From contig CAZRHH010000005.1 in NCBI GenBank assembly GCA_964599885.1, forward strand, positions 23,431 to 87,430: DNA of 64,000 nt, read 5' to 3'. Both the position numbers and the translations under genes were made by a program. Positions 17,618 to 27,515 of this stretch are shown here, in pieces. The notes beneath the pieces are model-generated. The model ran no database searches, had not been told where the DNA came from, and was given only the letters and a program-made list of their open reading frames with translations. This stretch comes from an uncultured Dehalococcoidia bacterium (GTDB lineage Bacteria; Chloroflexota; Dehalococcoidia; DSTF01; JACRBR01). Every line of letters starts with the position of its first letter. Positions within the stretch are counted from its first letter, which is position 1.

Positions 17618-20406
17618 TCCGCAGCCGTCTCAAGTCCAACGGCAACGCCGCGAACGGTAACGCCCGCACGGCCCCGCGCTGGGTTCAGTTTCTCGTCGCG
17701 TTCGCCGGCCTCGGCGTCGTGATGTTCGCGCTGGCGGGCGCCACCGGCTATGGCGTGTACCGCTCGTACGCCAACGACCTGCAGCCGCCCGACGAAGTCA
17801 TCGCGCGGCAACCATCCGGCGGCGCCCAGATTTTCGACCGCAACGGCAAGCTTCTGTACGAGTTCGTCGATGACAAATCCGGCCTGCGTTCTCCGGTGAA
17901 ACTCGAAGACATCTCACCCTGGATGATCGCCGCGACGATCTCGACCGAAGACTTCAGCTACTGGGACAACGAGGGCATCAACACCCGTGGCCTCGCACGC
18001 GCCGGACTCGAGGCGCTGGGTCTGCGTGAATCGGGCAGCTCAAACACGACGGGCGGCAGCTCGATCACGCAGCAGCTCGTCAAGAACATTTACATACCCG
18101 TCGAAGAACGCACCGAACGTTCGTACGAGCGGAAGCTCAAAGAGACGATCTACGCCGTCGAGTTGACGAACGATTACTCGAAGGATCAGATCCTCGAGTG
18201 GTACCTGAACCAGATCTCGTACGCCGGGTTGTACAACGGCGTCGAGGCGGCCTCGCAAGGCTACTTCGGCAAGAGCGCGAAGGATCTCACGCTGCCCGAA
18301 GCGGCGCTCCTTGCCGGCATCCCCGCCAGTCCATCGCGATACGACCCGATCAACAACCCCGAGGCGGCAGTCGAACGCCGCAACGAAGTGCTGCGCCTGA
18401 TGAAGACGCGAAACCGCGTGACCGTCGACGCCGACGGCGAAAGACTCCCCGCCTCGCGCCTCCAGGTAGACGACGACGGCACCACCGTCGATGCCACCGA
18501 CGTGGCGTTCTATCTCTCGACCATTGCCCCGCTCAACATCGTGCCGCAGCGCTTTCCGGTGAAGGCACCACATTGGGTCTTCGACTATATCGAGCCGGAA
18601 CTCGAGCAGCGGTTCGGCCGCGAGGCTCTTCTGAGCGGCGGTCTCCGCATCACGACGACGCTGGATCTCGATTTGCAAGAGAAGGCCCAGGTCGCGATCG
18701 AAACGTGGATCTCCGAGTTCGAAGCATCCGCCGACGGCCACAACGGCGCGGTTGTCGCGATGGACCCGCGCACGTCGGAGATCCTCGTGATGGTCGGCTC
18801 GCGCGACTACTTCCGCGACGACATCGAGGGCCGCAACAACAACGCGCTGTCGCTCAACTCGCCCGGTTCGACGCTCAAGCCGTTCACCTACGCCGCCGCG
18901 TTCGAAACGCTCGGCTGGGGTACGGAGACGGAGATCCTCGATACGCCCATCAGCTTCCCCGATGGCGATGAAGCCTACGTACCGCGCAATCCCAGCGGCA
19001 ACTTCCAGGGACCGATCAGCATCCGCAAAGCGCTCGGAAACTCGCTGAACATCCCGGCGGCCAAGACCGCGGCGTATGTCGGCATCCCCCAGGTCGTGCA
19101 GACATACAAGCGCTTCGGCATGACGACGCTCGACGATCGCCCGTACGGCCCCGCCGTCACGCTCGGCGGCGTCGATATCAACCTGCTCGACGTCACGTAC
19201 GCGTACACCGTGCTTGCGAACAACGGCGTTATGCGGGGCGTCGGCACCGTAAACGACTACGGCGAGGGCATGCGGAAGCTCGACCCGGTGTCCATTCTCC
19301 AGGTTGTGCGCGAATCCGACGGCGAGGTGCTGTATCCCGATACCGAAGACCACCGCGTGAAGGTCCAGGAAGAGAAGATCATCGAGCCGCAGCACGCGTA
19401 CATGATCACCAACATCCTGTCCGACCCGAACTCGCACTGCATCACCTACGGGTGCGGCACGCTGACGATCGGCCGCCCCTGGGGCGTGAAGACGGGGACA
19501 AGCGAACCGTACGAGGAAAGCCGCGCGATCGGCGAAACGTGGACGTACGGCTACACGCCCGACCTCGTCGCAGGCGTCTGGGCCGGCAACTCCGATAACT
19601 CACCGATGTACAACATCACGTCGACGTCCATCTCGTACCGCGCCCTCCGCGACTTCATGATCGAGGCGCTCACCGACGTGCCATCGAGCAGTTTCGAGCG
19701 TCCCGGCGGCCTGAAGGACTACGACGTCTGCACGCCGTCGAATCTCAAGGCGACGCCTGCGTGCGGACGGCGCGTGAAGACGCTGCTGCCGGAATCGACG
19801 GCGCCCAAGGAAGACGACACGTGGTGGCGACGCGTGAAGATCGATATCCGCGATGGCCTCCTCGCGACCGAGCTGACGCCGACCCAGTTCGTCTCGGAAC
19901 GCAACGGCCTCGTGATCCCCGAGACGGTGCAGGGCTTCGCGCGCAGCCAGGCGCTTGAGTGGACGCGCTATCTGAACATTGGCGTCGCTCCGACGGAGAA
20001 GAGCACTGGCGACGCCCCGGTACGGCTGACCTCCCCGCGCCAGAATCAGCGCCTCCGCGATGTCATCCAGATCACCGGCGAAGCGGCATCAGCCGACTTC
20101 ATCGCCTACCGGCTGGAGTTCGGGGAAGGCGACCCACCCGTGGCGTGGACGCTCCTGTTGCGTTCGGAAACGCCGCAGCCCAGCGGTGGCCTCGGACTCT
20201 GGAACACGGATGATCTCCCGGACGGCACGTACACCCTGCGCCTCGTCATCGAGGATCGTGTGCGGGGTGAACTGTCGACGTTCGTCGTCGTGCGCGTCGG
20301 ATCTGGGAACGATGACGATGACGACGTGGACGATGATGGCGTGCGCCGCAGCCCAAGTCCGCGCCCGGAACCGACGCCGCTGTTCGACTTCGATGGCCGC
20401 GACTGA
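17587..20406 (+). CDS. Class A penicillin-binding protein (transglycosylase/transpeptidase, PBP1A family) with C-terminal extension
   Basis: TTG start. N-terminal TM. GT51 motifs 'EDFSYWDNEGIN', 'GGSSITQQLVKN'. Transpeptidase motifs 'SPGSTLKP', 'KTGT'. About 200 aa C-terminal domain ending in a poly-Asp tract. Confidence 0.9.
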   Translation: MARKHATRRLIRSRLKSNGNAANGNARTAPRWVQFLVAFAGLGVVMFALAGATGYGVYRSYANDLQPPDEVIARQPSGGAQIFDRNGKLLYEFVDDKSGLRSPVKLEDISPWMIAATISTEDFSYWDNEGINTRGLARAGLEALGLRESGSSNTTGGSSITQQLVKNIYIPVEERTERSYERKLKETIYAVELTNDYSKDQILEWYLNQISYAGLYNGVEAASQGYFGKSAKDLTLPEAALLAGIPASPSRYDPINNPEAAVERRNEVLRLMKTRNRVTVDADGERLPASRLQVDDDGTTVDATDVAFYLSTIAPLNIVPQRFPVKAPHWVFDYIEPELEQRFGREALLSGGLRITTTLDLDLQEKAQVAIETWISEFEASADGHNGAVVAMDPRTSEILVMVGSRDYFRDDIEGRNNNALSLNSPGSTLKPFTYAAAFETLGWGTETEILDTPISFPDGDEAYVPRNPSGNFQGPISIRKALGNSLNIPAAKTAAYVGIPQVVQTYKRFGMTTLDDRPYGPAVTLGGVDINLLDVTYAYTVLANNGVMRGVGTVNDYGEGMRKLDPVSILQVVRESDGEVLYPDTEDHRVKVQEEKIIEPQHAYMITNILSDPNSHCITYGCGTLTIGRPWGVKTGTSEPYEESRAIGETWTYGYTPDLVAGVWAGNSDNSPMYNITSTSISYRALRDFMIEALTDVPSSSFERPGGLKDYDVCTPSNLKATPACGRRVKTLLPESTAPKEDDTWWRRVKIDIRDGLLATELTPTQFVSERNGLVIPETVQGFARSQALEWTRYLNIGVAPTEKSTGDAPVRLTSPRQNQRLRDVIQITGEAASADFIAYRLEFGEGDPPVAWTLLLRSETPQPSGGLGLWNTDDLPDGTYTLRLVIEDRVRGELSTFVVVRVGSGNDDDDDVDDDGVRRSPSPRPEPTPLFDFDGRD

Positions 20407-20479
20407 TGTGATGTACGTGCGTTTTGCCGACTCGGGGCCACCGTCTATACTGACGAGCGCGCCGGTGCGCGTTCACCCT

Positions 20480-20566
20480 GCCGAGGTGGTGGAATAGGCA
20501 GACACGCCGTCTTGAGGGGGCGGTGCCCGCAAGGGTGTAGGAGTTCAAATCTCCTCCTCGGCACCA
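20480..20566 (+). tRNA. tRNA-Leu (anticodon GAG), class II with long variable arm, CCA encoded
   Basis: Acceptor GCCGAGG/CCTCGGC, anticodon stem CCGTC/GGCGG with loop TTGAGGG (U33-GAG-G37), 14-nt variable arm, T-loop TTCAAAT. Confidence 0.85.
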
Positions 20567-20640
20567 CACGGACGTTTTCCACCGTGTCCGCCCGGCCCGC
20601 CGGGCGGATACGTTTGCAGGAAGGGCGCGGCGGGCATTCT

Positions 20641-20714
20641 GGCGACGTAGCCAAGCGGTAAGGCAGGGGTCTGCAAAACCCCCATCACCGGTTCGAATCC
20701 GGTCGTCGCCTCCA
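20641..20714 (+). tRNA. tRNA-Cys (anticodon GCA), CCA encoded
   Basis: Acceptor GGCGACG/CGTCGCC, anticodon stem GGGGT/ACCCC with loop CTGCAAA, T-arm ACCGG-TTCGAAT-CCGGT. Confidence 0.85.
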
Positions 20715-20886
20715 ACATTTTAGATACGAAAGCCGCTCAGGTCGAGCGGCCTTCGTGCTGCGTTGGCGCGCCGTTGCAACAGACTGCTCACCCCCCCCCC
20801 GCGCAAGCACCGAATGCGACCATCCGCCGGCCACGGATCCAGCCCAAGATCACACTTGCGAGTTGCGGTGAGCGGCCCTAACGCCG

Positions 20887-21975
20887 ATGCTCTCACTAAT
20901 GAACCTGCGCATCCCCCTCGGCACCGCCGCGCTGCTCGGCTCGATCCTCGGCCTAGCTGCTGTTTGCGGCGACGGATCAACCGAGACGCCGCCCTCCTCG
21001 GGTGAATGGGCCGACGCGTTCGCATCGAGCACGTTCGCCGCAAGCTTCGCTTCCTCCGAAACTGAGGATGGAGTAACAAGCGACTACGTTCTGAAACTCT
21101 ACAAGGACGGCGACGACCGATTTCGCTCGGACTTTGAGACAACGCTCAGCGCCGATGGTGAAGACGCAGGCGATGACGGAACGTCTCTGGTGATTCTGAT
21201 CCAATCGCCGGCCGTCAACGCGGTCTGTGTCGGTGAAGTCGGGCTCCTGGCGATCTTCGGATTCTCCCATGCACACACCTGCTTCATACCCGATGATTTT
21301 TCAGGCGCGGAGGCATTTAGCGCCGAAGCCATGCTCAAGCAGTTCTCGCTCGAAGGAGTCGATCGCTCCGACTACAGCGAAGACACGATCGATGGGCGCG
21401 AAGCGCGATGCTACGAGTCGCAGCCCGTCGACGATGCTGAAGGGGAATACGCCGAAGTCTGCTTCTCACGTGAAGGCTGGCTACTCCGCATCGGTGGATC
21501 CGGTGCCATGAGCGGGGCCCCCGGGTCTGCTGACGCCGAGGATCTGAAAGGCGTGGTCGATAATTCGGTCTTCGATGCGCCGTATCCCTTCTTCGAGGAA
21601 GCACCGTCGCTTGAGATCCGCAACGAGTCAGACGTACCAATCCGAGTCGACAATAGAGCGCACGACGGTAGCTGGGCAGACGCAGGAATAGAGATCGACC
21701 CTGGTTCCACCGGCACACTACAAAGCCGCGAGCGCGAAGGTACGGCTAGCATCGGGTTCGGCACGTTTGAGTCTCCCGGATGGTCGCACGCCTGCGACTG
21801 GGACGACGCCAAATCGAACGAGCCCTTCATCGTCGGCAACGACACGAGCAACTGCCAGAACCCACGCCGGTTGTACGGCGGAACGCCCACCCCGATGCCG
21901 GTAGACCTCACGCCGGGCGACGGTATCACGTCCCATATCGAATTCGGCACCTTCCCCACGCCAACCGCCCCGTAA
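20887..21975 (+). CDS. Hypothetical secreted lipoprotein
   Basis: Signal peptide with lipobox 'LAAVCG'; acidic, Ser/Asp-rich; no recognisable domain. Confidence 0.5.
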   Translation: MLSLMNLRIPLGTAALLGSILGLAAVCGDGSTETPPSSGEWADAFASSTFAASFASSETEDGVTSDYVLKLYKDGDDRFRSDFETTLSADGEDAGDDGTSLVILIQSPAVNAVCVGEVGLLAIFGFSHAHTCFIPDDFSGAEAFSAEAMLKQFSLEGVDRSDYSEDTIDGREARCYESQPVDDAEGEYAEVCFSREGWLLRIGGSGAMSGAPGSADAEDLKGVVDNSVFDAPYPFFEEAPSLEIRNESDVPIRVDNRAHDGSWADAGIEIDPGSTGTLQSREREGTASIGFGTFESPGWSHACDWDDAKSNEPFIVGNDTSNCQNPRRLYGGTPTPMPVDLTPGDGITSHIEFGTFPTPTAP

Positions 21976-22148
21976 CCGGCTGTTACGCCCCACGGAAGTC
22001 GCTGGCCATGGCGCACCGCCGAACTCGCGCTCCGGTCTCCGCTAGTGATCGCCTTCATAGACGCCGGTCGCGCCGCGAGATACATTCGACTAGGCGTTGG
22101 GATCGCTGGCGTGTGATCGGCAGCGCAATCCACGAGCCTCCATACTTC

Positions 22149-22177
22149 TGAATCTGGAACCGGCTCCTTGGGGCCGG
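22149..22177 (+). terminator. Putative intrinsic terminator after the lipoprotein gene
   Basis: Hairpin AACCGGCTCC-TTGG-GGCCGGTT followed by TTCT. Confidence 0.4.
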
Positions 22178-22545
22178 TTTCTGAGCGGTCCCCATGCCGG
22201 CGTGCCAACAGGCTGTTGCTAACAAGCTGCCAAGAACGCCGGTACCGTCGCCAGGCCCGGCAGCCTTCAGCTGCTCGCCGACGACGGCGTCGTTGAGGCA
22301 ATCGTTACTCGACGGGACGGGGTGACGTTGCCCGATCACGTCGATCCGGGCGTGGTCAAGGTCCTTGACGCCATCTTCGACATCCCCGCCGACCATCGAG
22401 AGCTCGAACTCCGGCCCGTCGATCCAGTCGGAACGGGAGAGAGCGCCACATGGACGTTTACTCACGAGGAAGAGTGGTCCGTTCGTTCGCGGGTTAGATC
22501 CCTACTGGTGTGCACGCATCCCAGGGATGTTCCAACGTGATCGAC

Positions 22546-22700
22546 TAGCGGCGACGAAGGAGTCCACGCCGCCAGACCACCAGCACAATCACGGTGCCCC
22601 AGAAAATCGACAACGCTACAGCGGTAAGGTCGACGCCGTACGGCATCGGGGCGGTGCCGCTCGAGTGAAGGAGAACCCGGACCGTAGCTTCGAACGTCAT
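22546..22700 (-). CDS. Possible small (51 aa) membrane protein
   Basis: ATG preceded by GAGGG. Product 'MTFEATVRVLLHSSGTAPMPYGVDLTAVALSIFWGTVIVLVVWRRGLLRRR' has a single TM helix and a basic tail. Lies in an otherwise gene-poor tract. Confidence 0.3.
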
Positions 22701-23000
22701 CGTTGGGTGACCCTCGCGGCATCTGCCGATGGTCTACGTATCGGCGCGCCACGCGGCCGCTGGCGTGTCTGTCCTCTAAGAACGGACGGTTGTTCCATGT
22801 AACTTCCGGCTCCGAAGCCGGGCGGGCTAGATGTTGGGGTCTCCGCTGTCGATGCTATCAGCGAGATAGCGCGCTCCTGTAAGGGAAGCGTTTGAAAGTC
22901 TGTTGCCATCAACAATCTGAAGTCCAGGGGCTCTTCGCTCGCCGCCGCACTGCTGAACTCGCTCCCCAGGGGCAATTCGCTCCCCGACGAAGCGTGGCGT

Positions 23001-25193
23001 GTGCGGCACCGCGTTATCCTCGGACTGGTGGCGCTGCAGGCGCTCGCCCTCTCCTGCTTCGGCCTTTACCAGGGCTTCTCGATCGAGCACAGCGCGTTCG
23101 AGGGCACGGCCATCATTTCGGTGCCGTTGCTCGCCGAACTGCTGGGCATCCGCAATCGCGTGATTCGGTCGACTGCGGCCAGCATCGGCCTCATCACGTC
23201 GTCGGCTGTGCTCACCCACCTGTCCGGCGGCCTGATCGAGTCGCACTTCCACTTCTTCGTCATGCTCGCCGTCATCTCGCTGTACCAGCAGTGGCCGACG
23301 TTCCTCGTTTCGATCGGGTACGTCCTCGTCCACCACGGCGTCATGGGTGCGGTGGCGCCGGAGTCCGTCTACAACCACCCGGACGCCATCGCGCATCCCT
23401 GGAAATGGGCGCTCATCCACGCGACATTCGTCTCGGGCGCATGCTTCGCCTACGTCGTCGCGTGGCGCATGAACGAGGACGCGCAGGGAGCCATGCAAGA
23501 GAGCGAGGCGCGTTTCAGGCGGCTCGCCGAGCACAGCCCCGTCGGCATCTATCAGCTCTCGACGGGTCCTGCGCAACACCTCTATCTCAATCCCACGGCG
23601 TTGGAGATGCTCGAGGCGCAAGATGTCGATGAGGTCGCGCGTCTCGGACTCGATTCTTTCTTCACCGACACGTCGCTCGAAACGATTCGTGGCGAGCGCC
23701 AGAAGCGCGCAACCGGCATCGCGTCCAGTTACGAAGCGCAGATCGTCGGTCTTCGCGGGACGCGGCGCACGGTGCTGATGTCCGGTACTCCCCTGTTCGA
23801 TGACGCGGAAAAGCTCTTCTCGGTCGTTGGAACCGTGACGGACATCAGCGAGCGAAAGAGCCTCGAAGAGGCGTTGCGACACCAGGCGTTCCACGATTCG
23901 CTCACGCGTCTCGCCAATCGTCCGCGGTTTACCGACCGGCTCGAGCACAGCCTGCAACGCGCTCGCCGCAACGACACGCAGATCGCCGTCCTTTTTCTCG
24001 ATCTGGACGACTTCAAGATCGTCAATGATCGGTTCGGCCACTCCGTCGGCGACCTCATTCTCATCGAAGTCGCGCGCCGGCTCGAACAAGCCATCCGCCC
24101 CGGCGACACCTGCGCGCGCTTCGGCGGCGACGAGTTCGCCATCCTGCTCGAAGATCTCGCCGACGCTGATGCGGCAGAACGACTTTCGGCCCGTATTCTC
24201 GAGGCACTAGCTGCTCCCTTCGTCTGGGACCAGAACGAACTGACAATCAGGGCAAGCATCGGCATTTCCGTTGAGGGTACCGACGCGCTGTCCGCCGAAG
24301 CCGTGCTGCGCAACGCCGACGTCGCGATGTACGCGGCGAAGAACAGCGGCAAAGGCCGTGCCGAGATGTACGAAGAAGCGATGCACATCTCGATGCTCAA
24401 CCGGCTGGACCTTCTCGCCGACCTGCAACAGGCGGTCGCACGTCAACAATTGGTCGTGCACTACCAGCCGGTGCTGGATCTTCGGACCGAGGCGATCACG
24501 GGGTTCGAAGCGCTGGTCCGTTGGAACCATCCGACGCGAGGCTTGCTGCCTCCCAGCGACTTCATCTCGCTGGCAGAAGAATCCGACGTGATCGCCGGCA
24601 TCGGAAGCTGGGTACTGCGCACCGCGTGCCTCGATATGAAGGGTTGGCGCGCACGCTTTCCCGAGCGTGAAAACCTCACCCTCGGCGTGAACGTGTCGCC
24701 GCGCCAGGTCGAGCGCCCGAATTTCGCCGAGGAAGTGCGCGCGATCCTCGAGGAAACGGAGATGGCGCCCAGCAGCCTCGTGCTGGAGGTGACCGAGAAT
24801 CTCATGCTGAATGACGTCGAAACCACGGTACAGCGCTTGCAAGAACTCAAGGCGCTCGGGATTCGCCTCGCCATCGATGACTTTGGTACCGGCTATTCGT
24901 CGCTAAGCTATCTCAGCCAGTTCCCGTTCGACATTCTGAAGATCGATAAGTCCTTCGTCGATGGCGCGGGCGACGCAACGGTCGAGCAGCAACTCGTGCC
25001 CGCGATCATCGACCTCGGGAAGATGCTGAACATGCAGATCGTGGCGGAGGGGATCGAGCGTTCGGAACAGTTAGCGAGGCTCCGCATGCTCACCTGCGAC
25101 TTTGGACAAGGCTTCCTGTTCGCGAAACCCGTCCCGGTTGACGAGATCTACCTGATGCTGGCGAAGCCCATCGGTACGTCCGATGCTGCGTGA
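23001..25193 (+). CDS. Membrane sensor with PAS, GGDEF and EAL domains (c-di-GMP turnover protein)
   Basis: N-terminal 5-6 TM (MASE-like), PAS region, 'RFGGDEFAILL' GGDEF motif, 'EALVRW' EAL motif, 'DDFGTGYSSL', 'KIDKSFV'. GTG start. Confidence 0.88.
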   Translation: MRHRVILGLVALQALALSCFGLYQGFSIEHSAFEGTAIISVPLLAELLGIRNRVIRSTAASIGLITSSAVLTHLSGGLIESHFHFFVMLAVISLYQQWPTFLVSIGYVLVHHGVMGAVAPESVYNHPDAIAHPWKWALIHATFVSGACFAYVVAWRMNEDAQGAMQESEARFRRLAEHSPVGIYQLSTGPAQHLYLNPTALEMLEAQDVDEVARLGLDSFFTDTSLETIRGERQKRATGIASSYEAQIVGLRGTRRTVLMSGTPLFDDAEKLFSVVGTVTDISERKSLEEALRHQAFHDSLTRLANRPRFTDRLEHSLQRARRNDTQIAVLFLDLDDFKIVNDRFGHSVGDLILIEVARRLEQAIRPGDTCARFGGDEFAILLEDLADADAAERLSARILEALAAPFVWDQNELTIRASIGISVEGTDALSAEAVLRNADVAMYAAKNSGKGRAEMYEEAMHISMLNRLDLLADLQQAVARQQLVVHYQPVLDLRTEAITGFEALVRWNHPTRGLLPPSDFISLAEESDVIAGIGSWVLRTACLDMKGWRARFPERENLTLGVNVSPRQVERPNFAEEVRAILEETEMAPSSLVLEVTENLMLNDVETTVQRLQELKALGIRLAIDDFGTGYSSLSYLSQFPFDILKIDKSFVDGAGDATVEQQLVPAIIDLGKMLNMQIVAEGIERSEQLARLRMLTCDFGQGFLFAKPVPVDEIYLMLAKPIGTSDAA

Positions 25194-25396
25194 TCGCGTT
25201 CAGCGCCTGCTACTTCAGCAGGCAGGTGCCAGTGCTTTCCATGGCGCGACGCGCCAGCAGCGGCAGGATGCGCGCCCTAGCCCGCGCCCCAGTGAACCCC
25301 TCCACAGACAGCCACGGCCAAACCAACGACAATGCCGGCTTGAACCCGACGCGTGAGCGATCGTACAATCGCTCCCACAGAACCGAGGAGATAATC

Positions 25397-25876
25397 ATGA
25401 GCAATCGTTCCGCCGCACTCGCAAACCAGTTCGAACAAGCCGTCGCCGCCTTCGCCAAGAACGTGGAGGCGTGCTCCGACACGCAGTGGTCCGCCATCTG
25501 CAACGCCGAGGGCTGGACCGTCGGGCAGACGGCGCAGCACGTCTCGGGACAGTTTCCGCTCGAGATGGAGTTCATCACCGCCGCCGCGGAGGGCAAGCCG
25601 CTACCGGCGTACAACTGGGACGACATCAACGGCAAGAACGATGGCCGTGCCGCAAAGAACAGCGCCGTCGGCAAGGACGCCGTCCTGAGGGAGCTGCGCG
25701 AGGGCGCGGCATCAACCGCCGCCTACGTCCGCGCGCTCACCGACGAGCAACTCGACCGCACCGGCGCCCTCCCGCTCGCTGATGGCGCGGTCGTCAGCAC
25801 GCAACAACTCATCGAGGGCGGCGTGCTGATCGCCCACGTCACGGGCCATCTCGAGAGCATTCGCGCGGCTGGCTGA
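25397..25876 (+). CDS. DinB-like (DinB_2 / DUF664 superfamily) four-helix-bundle protein
   Basis: SD GGAGA 6 nt upstream of ATG. 'WTVGQTAQHVSG' His-containing helix, and C-terminal 'HVTGHLESI'. Confidence 0.65.
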   Translation: MSNRSAALANQFEQAVAAFAKNVEACSDTQWSAICNAEGWTVGQTAQHVSGQFPLEMEFITAAAEGKPLPAYNWDDINGKNDGRAAKNSAVGKDAVLRELREGAASTAAYVRALTDEQLDRTGALPLADGAVVSTQQLIEGGVLIAHVTGHLESIRAAG

Positions 25877-25981
25877 ACCGGACGCCAGAGGATGGCGATA
25901 CCCCAACTCAGCAGAATCGAATGCCGCTCAACTCGGGCGGCTTTCGCATGCTCACCCGACGCGCTTGACAAATCGTCCGCT

Positions 25982-26013
25982 ACCACGGTACATTGGTACC
26001 ATGACACCGTGGT
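25982..26013. promoter_or_regulatory. 32-bp imperfect palindrome (ACCACGGT-N5-GGTACC-N5-ACCGTGGT), candidate operator upstream of the RHH-like gene
   Basis: The inverted arms ACCACGGT/ACCGTGGT flank a central GGTACC. The element ends 11 nt before the AGGAGG SD of the gene starting at 26037. Confidence 0.5.
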
Positions 26014-26036
26014 ACCAATATTCAGGAGGCTCAATC

Positions 26037-26369
26037 ATGCCACAGGCAGAACAGATGACGGTCGAGCGGGTCCAGCTCGGCGTCCGGATGGAGAAACAGA
26101 TGGTGAAGGTATTGAAGGGGCTTGCCGAATTCAACGGCGTCACGCTCGGCCATCTGCTCGAGAATATCGTGCTGCACTCGTTCGAGCCCGTACCCGGCCA
26201 AGAGGGCGAAATGTCGGCCAGCCCGCACGGCAAGAAGGCCCTCGCCGCCATCGCCGATCTCAAGCGCATCTATGGCATGGGTTTCGACGTCCACGCGATG
26301 CGCGAGTTCCCGGACAAGGCTGCGGACGCGGCGGGCGACGACGCGACCGACGAGAATGCGTCCCGCTAA
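26037..26369 (+). CDS. Small ribbon-helix-helix-like putative DNA-binding protein
   Basis: Strong SD AGGAGG. N-terminus 'VERVQLGVRMEKQMVKVLKGLAEFNGVTLGHLLENIVLHS' fits a beta-strand/helix/helix (CopG/Arc-like) pattern. Acidic C-terminus. Confidence 0.45.
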   Translation: MPQAEQMTVERVQLGVRMEKQMVKVLKGLAEFNGVTLGHLLENIVLHSFEPVPGQEGEMSASPHGKKALAAIADLKRIYGMGFDVHAMREFPDKAADAAGDDATDENASR

Positions 26370-26555
26370 TCACCGCACGCCCGAAGCCCGCCGGCGCGCC
26401 AAGAACGCAGATGACGGAAGCGGCTCGCTGAAGCCGCTTTCGTCATCTCATTCCGAGGCAAGATCGCGGCGAACTCGAGCTGCCCCGCCGTCAGGAGCCG
26501 TTGCATATACTCAGATTCGAAGCGTTGAGCAGCGGACACGAAGGCGGATCGACAG

Positions 26556-27006
26556 ATGGATAAGCAGGAACAGATCGAGGCAGTTCGGGCCGAATTCGCG
26601 CGGCTCATGGACGCCATCGAGACCCTCGACGAGCAAGCATTGGTGCGGCCCAATATCGGCGAAGTGGGGCGTGCGCGAGATACTCGCCCACATCACGGGC
26701 TGGACACTCATCGACACCGCTATCCTTCGGCGGATCGAGCGCGGCGAACGTCCACTACCAGAGGGCGAAGAGTACGGCACGGGCGACACCCGCAACGCGG
26801 GCTTCGCGACGGCCGCCGCCAGCCGATCGGCCGCCGACGTGATCGCCGAGTTGCGGGCGGCGTTCGTCGAGTTCGTCGCTGCGGCCGAAGCCGTGCCGGC
26901 CGAGCGGTTCGCAGAGGGCCGCACGGCGTATCGCCTCATGCAGGAAAGCGGCCTGCAACACCTCCGCGAACATCGCACGGAAATCGAGTCGGCTCTATCC
27001 ACGTAA
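26556..27006 (+). pseudogene. DinB/ClbS-like four-helix-bundle gene with +1 frameshift near 26664
   Basis: Frame A reads 'MDKQEQIEAVRAEFARLMDAIETLDEQALVRPNIGE'. One nt later frame B reads 'WGVREILAHITGWTLIDTAIL...EFVAAAEAVPAERF...' to the stop at 27004-27006. The two halves make one DinB-like domain. Confidence 0.5.
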
Positions 27007-27126
27007 GCGGAAGGTTGAGCCTGGAGCCAATCTCGCTTGGTGGGTCGGTATCGCATTCCATGGGTGCCATCCTCAAAGAACTCGTGGCCGACCGAAATCT
27101 ATTGACACATACGATCGTCCATAGTA

Positions 27127-27513
27127 ATGATCGCTCAACAGTGCAGCCGTACCTGCCGTGCACTCGAAGCGCAGCTCTGGACCAACTCATTGAACGTGCG
27201 AACAATCCGGGAATCATACTTCGAGGGCCGCAAGGCTCCACTGCTTGCTGCTGCCGGTGTTGCGTACTGTCTGATGGCACTTCTACCGAAGGGCCGTCGC
27301 ATTCACTGGAGTTGTCCGTTTTATACGCTCACCGGTGCTCCGTGTCCGACCTGCGGTCTAACTAGCGCAGCGAAGCTCTTACTCACCGGCCACCCGCGCG
27401 AGGCGGTCTCGCGACACCCGTCGCCGTTCATCACGGCATTAGCAGTAGGAGCATCCCTTATGGCCAACCGAACGTTGTCCAAGGGGCGAGGGCATCGAAG
27501 GGAGTCGGCATAG
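27127..27513 (+). CDS. DUF2752-like small membrane protein (possibly degenerate; alternative start 27274)
   Basis: 'CPFYTLTGAPCPTCGLTSA' matches the DUF2752 CPxxxLTGxxCPxCGxTR motif. Sits in a lower-GC islet. Confidence 0.4.
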   Translation: MIAQQCSRTCRALEAQLWTNSLNVRTIRESYFEGRKAPLLAAAGVAYCLMALLPKGRRIHWSCPFYTLTGAPCPTCGLTSAAKLLLTGHPREAVSRHPSPFITALAVGASLMANRTLSKGRGHRRESA

Positions 27514-27515
27514 TA

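Noticed and set aside
20480-20566. First tRNA as tRNA-Ser(UGA) because of its long variable arm
   Set aside because: Only the CCGTC/GGCGG anticodon stem gives five clean pairs, which puts GAG at positions 34-36 (Leu). Reading UGA requires a mispaired stem.
22827-24089. 420-aa minus-strand ORF
   Set aside because: Lies antisense to the clearly recognisable PAS-GGDEF-EAL gene. Arg/Asp-rich with no motifs.
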